Below are positions 54,467 through 64,000 of a stretch of 64,000 nt of DNA, piece by piece; within the stretch, counting starts at the first letter, position 1, and each line of letters begins with the position of its first letter. Made by a program: the position numbers and the translations under genes. Location of the stretch: positions 418,686,001-418,750,000 of the forward strand of contig OZ024740.1 of the NCBI GenBank assembly GCA_964016885.1, given 5' to 3'. The stretch is from Eledone cirrhosa. Lineage: Eukaryota. Under the pieces are notes generated by a model. It searched no databases. It had not been told where the DNA came from and worked only from the letters and a program-made list of their open reading frames with translations.

Positions 54467-54628
54467 CCTGCGTGTAACCAGTGAAAGAGACATAACCAAC
54501 AATTCCAAAGAGTAAAGTAAATACTGTTGCTGCTGCTATACTAGCATGAGTTACATAGCCCCATCTTGCTGTTGTGGGGTTCTCAAGTGATGTGTGTATC
54601 ATGAAAGTATTGTGGTGGCAGACATAAG
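54467..54628 (-). CDS. SLC38A11: SLC38A11 internal exon (AYVCHHNTFMIHTSLENPTTARWGYVTH...GYVSFTGYTQ)
   Basis: TTACAG acceptor, GTCGGT donor; CHHN.F...SLE.PT..W and GY..FTG.TQG motifs. Confidence 0.92.
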
Positions 54629-55079
54629 CTGTAAATACAGAGATAAAATGGATAAAGAATACCATCGCAAATACAAGGGGCTGAAATGGGGTTCCTCCGA
54701 CGGGTCTTTAGAGTAATGTTACTTGATCGACTGTGTAGCTTGGAGATCAGAAAGTCACACCAGGTAGAGCTGCTACTTTCCTCTTGTGAAGCTTCTCTCT
54801 CAGCCACAATGACTAGAATAGCACAAAAGCTTGTGTAAATCTGCAATTCCAGAAAATATTGTAGAGGAACATCTAGTAACAGTAGTTGTGTTATCTTTCC
54901 TAGGTATGTTTCAGATGTCATTCTCTCCACCAATGAAAGATCATATAATTCCTTAATGTGACAGCGATCCCTTGTTGATCAGTGTGTGGTGGGAAATGAC
55001 CTTCAAGTAAAATGTTTGCCAATTCCAAAGAAACTGATTGAAAAGCAATGAATTTATTTGGCTAAAACATTTAGTATGG

Positions 55080-55471
55080 CAAGTGGATGCCCTTCCTAAT
55101 GCCAACCACATTTACAGTGTGGCTGGGTGCTTTTTGTCGTGGATCCTACACAACCACTTTACACTGTGAGCTGGGGACTTTTTGTCGTGACACCTACATG
55201 ACCACTTTACAGTGTGGACTGGGTGCTTTTTGTCATGACTCCTACATGACCACTTTATAGTGTGGACTGGGTGCAACAAAAAGCACCCAGCTGACACTGT
55301 AAATGTAGTTGGCATTAGGAAGGGCACCTAACCATAGAAATAAAGCCAGAAACAGTTCTGTGGGATTAAGACACAGTAAATTGACCCAACTTGCCTCAAA
55401 TGGGACAACTCGTCTAACCCATGCTAGCATGGAAAATGGACATTAAACGACGATGATGATGATGATGATGA
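55080..55471. mobile_element. RTE 3'UTR/SINE-tail sequence with internal inversion and ~43-bp subrepeats
   Basis: GGATGCCCTTCCTAATGCCAAC (minus sense) and GTTGGCATTAGGAAGGGCA (plus sense) flank 3-4 subrepeats; (GAT)n tail. Confidence 0.65.
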
Positions 55472-56456
55472 TTCATCTTTCAAGTAAATGTTTGTCTGCC
55501 ACTCTGAAATCAAGTCATCCCATAATATATTTTAACTAGAAGTAGCAATAGATGAAATGTCATGATAGACACAGTCAAATGTCTAGAATGGTAACACAGT
55601 GACTGGAATTTGATTGATTGAGCAATACATAACAAACAGCAAAGCAGACATTACACTGACAAGGAGAATGAAGAAGATAATAATGATATCATCATCAGCA
55701 GTAACACAATGATGACAGTGATGATGATGATGATGATGATAGTACTAAATAATTATAAAATAATGATCTATTTAGTTTATTTTTTTTTTTTTCTTCAAGT
55801 AAAAGCTGGAACTTAATGAAATGCGGCTTGATAATGTCTGTCTTCCCCATTTGGTGGCTGTTGCAGTCTTGTTTGGTTTGCTGATTTTGGGAAGGGGGGG
55901 GGGCAGACTGTATTCAGTTTGTTGAATTTGGAGGGTGGCTTATGGTTTGGTCTAGCAGGTAGATAAGTGTGTAGGTTAACAAAATGGCTAAGTACCATAA
56001 ATAATAGGTGAAAGGTAATTAAATAAAATATTTTAAGTCACATATCTGTTTTTTTAGTGTATCATCCTTTAATAATTAATGGAGAAAAAAATACAAATAA
56101 TGTTCAGCCATCTCAGTATCAGTATGTGTCTGTGAAACAAATACACACACACCAGGTCTGAACACAAAGGAACCAAACTCCCACTGTCACTGCCTCCATC
56201 TCTCCTGCTTTCCCCATCTTTCACTGTTATGAGCAAATAGGGGCCCACATGCTGGCCACCCTGCAGCTCCCAACAGACAGAATAGAGAAGGCATTTTCCC
56301 AGAGGATGGTGAGGAAGATACACTGGAAGAGCCATTCCAGCTTGCAAGTAGGCTGGTGTTCAGTTTAGGGTGTTTACTCAATGTTATATGTAAAAATTGG
56401 AGCAATAATTGTCTTATTTGTATATATAATTATATACAATAAAAATATATTCTTAC

Positions 56457-56527
56457 CAAATGATATTATTCCTAAAGCATCTGTGAAATGACCATTGGCA
56501 AAAGACCATGCATAGGGTGTTGCTGGA
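56457..56527 (-). CDS. SLC38A11: SLC38A11 internal exon (PATPYAWSFANGHFTDALGIISF)
   Basis: TTTCAG acceptor, GTAAGA donor, phases compatible with both neighbours; resembles the AW.FA...A.G.MSF segment. Confidence 0.88.
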
Positions 56528-57131
56528 CTGAAAGAAAAAAACATATCATGGTGTTGGTGTTGAATAATAATAAACACATATATTTAAATATCTTTAACCC
56601 TCTAGCATTTAAACTGGCTGTATCCGGCTAGAATTCTCTCACCTCTTTCTGTTCCAACTGGCCATAACAGGCTACTCATACTGATGTTAAGGTATTGTTA
56701 TCAAAATAAATGATATCAGAATCTCATAGATTCGATATTATGTGATATAAAGATAATTATATGATATAAAGTTTTTACTGTGAAAATATAATACTATATA
56801 TAGAGTAATGTAAATGCTAAAGGGTTAAATGTAAATATATTTAGATACCATATTGTTTCAGAATAAATTCTGGCTATGGAAACAGTAGTTGGAATCAAGA
56901 GGACTGAGAGTGAACATAAGTAAGACTGAGAGTGAACAATAAGTGTTGATAAGTAGAAAAGAGGACAAAACTCTGATTCCATCAGGGAAATGGCTATGTT
57001 CGATATGTAGAAAAGCGGTTGGCATAAATTCTATAGAATGTACACAATGTAGAAAGTAACAAGTAATGTCAAGAACAGCTAACACAGGCAACATTTATTC
57101 AATGTTTGCATCCTTTAACCGATATATATCA

Positions 57132-58300
57132 ACACAAAAGACTTATGGTGAAACTCTCTGCAATGGGCGTGAAGGATGATCTTTTTAGCTGGTTGAAATC
57201 CTTCATTCTCAGCCGAAAAGAGGTAGTCACGGTTCTAGGACAGCATTCTTCACCATATGAGTTGCCATCTGGTGTACCCCAGGGATCTGTTCTTGGTCCC
57301 CTTTTGTTTGTTGTATACATTAATGACATAGATGTCAACTTAAAGAATGCCACAGTACTGAAATATGGAGATGACATCAAGCTGTACCTTGAAATCAAAA
57401 GGACTGATCCTGAAATCTACAACACTTTCCTACAATCAGACCTGGACACAATGCAGCAATGGATCACAGACTGGCAACTGAAGCTGGCTGTGGACAAGTG
57501 TACCACCATGCATTTTGTGAGAAAAAATCCAGCATCCACATACTCCCTCCACAACACTGATATCAAGAAGTCCTCTTGTGAATATGACCTGGGCATTACT
57601 GTCAGCAGCGATTTGCGTTGGACAAAGCATGTCTCTAAGATTGTCAAGAAGGCTGAGTCTGTCTTGGCATCACTCAGCAAGACCTTTGTTAGCCACTCTC
57701 CAGCCATCTATTTAAAGCTGTATACAGCTATAGTACGACCACACTTGGAATTCGCATCATCAGCCTGGAACCCCTATCTTGCTTAGAACATTGACCTCCT
57801 GGAAACTGTTCAGAGACGTGCAACCAAGCGCATACCCTCCATCAGACACCTACCATACTCTGAATGCCTTGCTTCCCTGGGCATGGATTCATTGAAGCTC
57901 CGACATCTGGCAATGGACTTGGTAAACACCCACAAAGTTATTAACCATCTCGCCAACAACAACCCTGAGCACCTTTTTGATCTCCATGTGTCTAACACAC
58001 GTGGACATGCCTACAAAGTCAGAAAACAGCACAGCTCCCATGACTTTCGGAAACATTTTTTGTCTGCGTCAGTTGTTAGCTGCTGAGACACTGCATCCTT
58101 TCAAACCCTCATGCTAACCAAAATTCGCTAAAACTACACCTGATGTACCCCTTCCATACACATGCACACATGTGTATATCATGACTCATGTACTGTTCCT
58201 TTTCCTGACATTTATACATTACCCTATGTACTATACATACACTTTTGATGAGTTGTAGTGCACCTGAGCACTGTACACAATATTTTCATTATCATTATTA
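57132..58300 (+). mobile_element. 5'-truncated, decayed CR1 copy, antisense within an SLC38A11 intron
   Basis: Homologous to 17331-18483; YGDD, premature TAG and an internal deletion. Confidence 0.92.
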
Positions 58301-58540
58301 TAACATAAAAGAAACACAATAACATGTATATATTCATTAATAGGTCCAGACATTTTTCAAAGCATCACACGTTTTCATTCTTTTTATCTGATCAGTTCTT
58401 TTGATTTATGTAAATATTCTTTGCTTCTGTTAATTAATCTCAGTTTATGTAAATATTTTTGTTTACAGTGTTAGGTTATAAACAAATATAGGGGCACTAA
58501 TAGATTTTTACACCATCACCCACTTTCATGTGTCCATAGC

Positions 58541-58743
58541 CAGATCTGCCAACCTTTAAAAACCCAAACGAGAAGTACCATGTAGAAAAGTACTTCTTTT
58601 GTGAAGTACAGGGAGAAATGAGGCAAAATGGGGAGATTTTACATAATGAAAGCTATACCCATTTTCACAAAAGAAGACATCTCTCACCCACTCCAAAGTG
58701 GGTGGGAGATCTCCCTGTCGGACGGGGAGAGTTGAGAGGTCTG
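58541..58743. mobile_element. Probable hAT-type MITE
   Basis: Imperfect TIR cagatctgccaac / gttgagaggtctg with GGGAGA subterminal motifs. Confidence 0.45.
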
Positions 58744-58959
58744 ATAGCTTACTTTTTCTCTTCAGGCTAAAGAGAATTCAACAATTTAACGCCATTTTTC
58801 ATAGCAATTTCTTTAATTGTTCACAACCAGAGAAGAATCTGAGACAAATCTCAATGAGAAGATAAATCTTCTCATTGAGAATATATATATATAAGTTATT
58901 CCGGGTTGAATCGGAGGTAACCACAGTAAGTAAGGTATTCAATACATAGCAGAGTATAA

Positions 58960-59086
58960 AAGTTTTAATATAGAAGAGCTTCTACAGGACTAGAATTGTT
59001 TCATTTATGAGAAATCATCAGGGCTCCCTGATGATTTCTCACGAATGAAACAGTTCTAGTCCTGTAGAAACTCTTCTATATTAAAA

Positions 59087-59089
<3 letters not shown>
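58960..59089. repeat. Fold-back palindrome with back-to-back hammerhead-like cores
   Basis: ~64-bp arms around gggctccc; plus arm reads CUGAUGA-UUUC(UCAC)GAAU-GAA-ACAG(UUCUAGUC)CUGU-A. Confidence 0.85.
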
Positions 59090-59144
<55 letters not shown>

Positions 59145-59767
59145 GGGAAGTAAGGTTCTATACAAAACAGTGGATATAGAGAAAGGTGAAGTTGGAAATA
59201 GCATGGAAAATATATTTAAGGGTGTGTTATTCTTTTTTTATCCTTTCTTTGATTCGTCAAAGTGATATTATTGAAAAAATGACATTATTGAAAAAATGAG
59301 CGGGACAATTCTTTTAAAAAAAAGTTTTATAATGTATATAAAGTATATAAAGTATTACTGGTTTCGATGTATTATTAAAATTCATCTTATCAAATGTTGA
59401 GAATTGAAATAAAAAATTAATAAGAATTAATAGGAGTTAAAAACTAAAAATTAAAGATTTAAAATTAAAATCAAATGTTGGAGTAAGTTTTTTTCCCATT
59501 TTTCTTGCTCAAAATTTGGCTGGAGAATGAGTTGTTAATAGAGAGGTGGTAGTGAAGATAGCAGCAACTATGTTTCTTCAGAGGAAACAACCTGTAAATA
59601 TGTGTATATATTCTATATATATATCTTGGCACCAGTGACATGGCAACTCATTTCTACAGCTGAGTAAACTGGAGCAATGTGAAATAAAGTCTCTTGCTCA
59701 GTGGTAATATTAATACAACAATAAGTGGAATTGATGAGAAAATAGTGTATCACATGTTAATACTCAC

Positions 59768-59847
59768 ACCTTTGCTGTCATCGTGGGAAGACGGAAAATG
59801 ATGACTAAAACAACAAAGAATATCAATAACAAGGCCAGACCTGCCCA
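59768..59847 (-). CDS. SLC38A11: SLC38A11 amino acid transporter, internal exon (WAGLALLLIFFVVLVIIFRLPTMTAK)
   Basis: TTTCAG acceptor and GTGAGT donor; hydrophobic TM segment; phase 2 joins the next exon (GT+T = Val). Upstream exons lie outside the window. Confidence 0.8.
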
Positions 59848-60419
59848 CTGAAATAAAAGAGAATAACAAAATATTATAAAAGAATATTATTAAAGAAAGG
59901 GCGGTGGATTGGCTGTATCGGTAGAGGGGCGGACGCCATGCTTTGCAGCAAAGAGTTCAAATCCCGCCGAGGTTAACTTTGCCTTTCATCCTTACAGGGT
60001 CAATAAAATAAAGTACCAGTAATATACTGAGATAATTGCTGGCCTTGTGTCAAAAGTAGAAACAATTATTAAAGAATGCTAAATATCAAACATCAATTCA
60101 CCGAACCCATGCCAATACAGGATAACAGGTATAAAATGATGATGATGATGATAATATTATATATGGCACAAGGCCAGTAATTTGGGGGGAGGAGAAAATT
60201 CATTAAATCAATCCCAGTGTGTTACTGGTACTTTATTTTATGATCCTGTAAGGATGAAAGGCAGAGCTAACCTTGGTGGGGTTTGAACTTAGAACGTAAA
60301 TGGATGTAACTATATGCTGCAAAACAAAGTGTCCGACACTCTACCGATCCACATATTAAAACATACAATTCATTACAGATTAGCATGGGAGGGGGGGCTT
60401 TTCCGAGGCCATAATATCT

Positions 60420-60970
60420 AGAATAAGGACGGGTTGGAAGAAGTTTAGGGAGCTGCTTCCTCTGTTGACAAAGAAGGGTTTCTCCCTGCATACGAAAGGC
60501 CGGTTATATGATGCCAGTGTGAGATGCATGATGCTGCATGGTAGTGAGACATGGGCAGCAACTACAGAGGATTGCAACGGCTGGAGAGAAATGAAGCAAG
60601 CATGCTTCGTTGGTTGTGCAATGTCAATGTGCGTGAACGACCAGGCATAAATGGGTTGAGAGAGAAACTGTGTATAAAAGGGATAAGTTGTGGTGGGCAG
60701 GAGAGAAGACTGAGATGGTATGGACATGTGATGCGCATGGAGGATGATAGCTGGGTAAAGAAGTGCCAAGAAATCCCAGTAGAAGGAAGACGCAGTAGAG
60801 GAAGACCACGAAAAACATGGGCGGAGGTGGTGAGAGCAGACCTCAGATCGCTGAGGCTCACGGAGGAGATGATGAAGGACCGAGACAAGTGGAGAGATGC
60901 TGTGCTGAATAGGACCCGTCCCACTCTTGCAAGCAGGGAAGAGTGGACGTAAGATGATGATGATGATGAT
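60420..60970 (+). mobile_element. 5'-truncated RTE LINE family B with almost no 3'UTR
   Basis: HGSETW, LRWYGHVMR, GRPRKTW motifs; ORF ends TRPTLASREEWT* directly followed by (GAT)n. Confidence 0.88.
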
Positions 60971-61239
60971 CTTCCAAAATTGCTCCATCTAATTGTACCA
61001 TTCCAAAGCTGACATTAGTTGCTAATAGAATTGGAATGTTGTTGTTGCTGTTTCTGTTGTTGGTATTGGCGGCGACGGCAGTATTGGTTTTTATTTCATA
61101 ATATACTGCTTGCATTTTCAACAAAGAAGAATTTATTAGAGACTAATCAATGAAATAGAACAATATTTTTCATTGGCATTTCACATCTGTGTTTCACTTA
61201 AGGCAGTTTCATCAGACCAGTCATAGATACTGTAACACT

Positions 61240-61538
61240 GTCATCTCATCAGTCATAGATACTCTAACACTTTCATCTGATCAGCCATATCTACCACTTT
61301 CATCTGATCAGCCATATCTACCACTTTCATCTCATCAGCCATATCTACCACTTTCATCTCATCAGCCATATCTACCACTTTTATCTCATCAGCCATATCT
61401 ACCACTTTCATCTCATCAGACATATCTAACACTTTTATCTCATCAGCCATATCTAACACTTTCATCTCACCTGCAATGTCTAACACTTTCATCTCATCAG
61501 CCATAGATGTCTAACACTTTCATCTCATCAGCCATAGA
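61240..61538. repeat. 27-bp minisatellite (catctcatcagccatatctaccacttt), ~11 copies
   Basis: Direct reading; abuts the RTE (CAT)n tail. Confidence 0.92.
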
Positions 61539-62936
61539 TCATCATCATCATCATCACCGTTTTACGTCCGTTCTTCCACGCTAGCATGGGTTAGATGGGT
61601 TGTCCTGTTGTGGGCAGTGTCTGGTCGGCTGACCATGCCTTGCTCATATGGGAACTGATTCTGGCTTGATTTCTACAGCTGGATGCCCTTCCTAACACCA
61701 ACCTCATTTACAGTGAGTGCTGGGTGCTTTTTCGTGGCGCCTACACGTCCACTTTACAGTGTGTGGGCTGGGTGCTTTTTTGCCGTGGCACCTCCACGAC
61801 CACCTTGCGGTGGAGGGTGTGGGGGCATATTGTCTATATGCTTTAGCTTGTACCCATGGGAGGTCGGGTACTCTGTATTACTGCGTGACGCCAGAAGTCA
61901 CGGTCGTGTGTCATTGCCTTTGAGAGGTGCAATTGGGTAAGGTCGGCTTTTATCACCTCATCCCAGGTCATCTTGGGTCTCCCCACTCCGCGGTTTCCAT
62001 CAACTTCTAGTGCTCTGCACCTTTTTATGCAGCTGTCATCCTTCATACGCATCACATGTCCATACCAGCGCAACCGCCTCTCCTGCACACAGCATTTGAT
62101 TCCTCTTATGCTCAGTCTCTCTCTCAATTCATTTATGCTTTGTCGTTCACGTATATTACTGTTACACATCCATCGGAGCATGCAGGCTTCGTTTCTCTCT
62201 AATCTACGTAAGTCTTCCACCTTCAGCGCCCAGGTCTCACTACCATGCAACATTGCTGTTCGGATACACGCATCATACAGTCTGCCTTTCATTCTGAGGG
62301 AGAAGCCTTTTGCAGCTAGCAGTGGTAGTAGTTCCCTGAACTTCTTCCATCCCGTTCTTACCCTAGTTATTATACTTTCTGAACACCCACCTCCGCTGCT
62401 AATTCGGTCACCTAGGTAGCAGAAGTTGTCTACTGTTTCTACAGAGCCCTCCCAGAGATTGGTGGTACTTGTTTCCTGTGGCTGTTTGCTGCTTGCTGTC
62501 TCAGCACAGCTGCTGCATGTGAAGCCTACATTCTTAATTAAGCTTCCTGAGATCCCGCTACATCTCTTGTGTACCCATTGTTTGCATTTGGGGCAGAGAA
62601 TGGAGTTCCTACCTACACCTTTCCTACATACTGAGCAAGGCCATTTCCCTGAGGGGATCTGGGTTCTGTTTTCTCGTCTACTTACAAGGACCTTAGTCTT
62701 TGTCATGTTGACTTTGAGACCCTTTCTTTCTAGTCCCTGCTTCGAAGTTTGGAATTTCTTCTCTAATTCTACCATAGATTCAGCTATGAATTCGAGGTCA
62801 TCAGCATACAGGAGTTCCCATGGGCATCCGGTCTTAAACTCCTCCGTTATTGCCTGCAGGACTATGATGAACAGGAGGGGCTAAGAACAGAGCCCTGGTA
62901 GTCCCCAACTTGTACGCTAAATTCCTCGCTATACTC
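61539..62936 (-). mobile_element. RTE LINE family A, 3' portion
   Basis: ORF 61843-62775, YADD region, 3'UTR and tail; near-identical to 20662-22058. Confidence 0.94.
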
Positions 62937-64000
62937 AATGTAGGCTCAATGAAAGGAAGAGCAGGAGAAATCGTAGAAATGCTAGAGCGAAAGGAAGTTG
63001 ATGTATGCTGTGTGCAAGAGACTAGATGGAGAGGAGGGTCTGCTAGAGTCCTTGTAGGAAAAAGCCAGTGCTACAAATTTTTCTGGGTGGGAAATGACGA
63101 TGGGATGGGTGGTGTAGGTATACTATTAGCTGACAAGTGGGTAGATAAAGTAATCTCAGTGTACAGGGTAAATGCAAGAATCATTAAACTCAGACTAGTC
63201 CTGAATAAGACAATTACCACAATAATATCAGCTTACGCACCCCAATCGGGGCTGCCAGACGAACTTAAGGATAGGTTTTACGAGTCCCTAATACACACTA
63301 CTGCTCTAACAGACGACAAGGACTTCCTAATCATTGCAGGAGATTTTAACGGACACGTAGGTAAACACTGCGACGGCTTCAATAGAGTACATGGAGGCCA
63401 TGGAGTTGGCACAAGGAATGAGGAAGGATTCAGACTTCTAGAATTCTGCGACGCCAATGACATGTCGATATGTAACACAAACTTTAAAAAACCCGACAAC
63501 CACCTGATCACCTATAGATCAGGGGAGCACTCTAGTCAGTTAGATTTTATCCTCATCAGAGGACGTGACAGATGGACGGTCGTAAACACAAAAGCCTTCC
63601 CTAGTGAGGAATGTACATCCCAACATAGCTTAGTTGTCAGCGACCTCACGGTCAGAACTAGACGAGCCCTGAAACAGAGGCCAACCTGGAGAAGAAAGAT
63701 CTGGAAGCTGAAAGTCCCCTCAACCAGTAACAGATTTAAAGATATTTTACTCAACGCCTACGACAGTAAAGAAGAACAGATAGAGACATTTAACGTAGAA
63801 GAGAACTGGGAGTTCCTAAAAAATAACTTACTAGAGGCGACGGATGAGGTTTGTGGCTGGAGTAAGACCTCAAGCAGGAGGAGAGTGACTTGGTGGTGGA
63901 ACAATAAGGTAGATGAAGCAGTCAAGGCCAAGAGACAGGCATGGAAAGAATGGAAGAACGGGGGGAGCAGGGTACATTACATAGAGACCAAGAGGGAAGC
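62934..64000 (+). mobile_element. RTE family A APE endonuclease segment, inverted relative to its 3' portion, open to window end
   Basis: LNVGSMKGR...VCCVQETRW...GGVG...SAYAPQ...GDFNGHVG...QLDFIL...SQH; 63672-64000 is the reverse complement of 22921-23250. Confidence 0.92.

Noticed and set aside
61240-61538. Tandem hammerheads: the minus-strand unit contains CTGATGA-GAT-GAAA
   Set aside because: No stem I, II or III can be formed; probably coincidental in a CAT-rich minisatellite.

Overview
AT-rich, repeat-dense animal genomic DNA. The SINE, RTE and CR1 content suggests a coleoid cephalopod, probably an octopod (inference). Two spliced host genes lie on the minus strand and are largely missed by the ORF track: coding exon 1 of adenylosuccinate lyase (ADSL, 4173-4307) and the last six coding exons of SLC38A11 (47765-59847). 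The rest is nested mobile DNA: a Buster-type hAT transposon, a near-complete CR1 LINE with intact ORFs, several RTE LINE copies carrying a PHD finger, CRE-like and R4/Dong-like remnants, two tRNA-derived SINE families, MITEs, satellites and microsatellites. Most notable: (1) an intron-less Ku70 C-terminal fragment fused to a SINE and inserted as one TSD-flanked unit in the hAT transposase; (2) a CR1 ORF2 with no usable AUG that overlaps ORF1 at a G_GGA_AAC slippery site, suggesting -1 frameshifting; (3) hammerhead-ribozyme-bearing inverted repeats and fold-backs at (TA)n tracts, one pair enclosing the CR1; (4) a satellite derived from CR1 coding sequence; (5) inverted MITEs bracketing three SLC38A11 exons. 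All family assignments are from motif recognition, not database searches.
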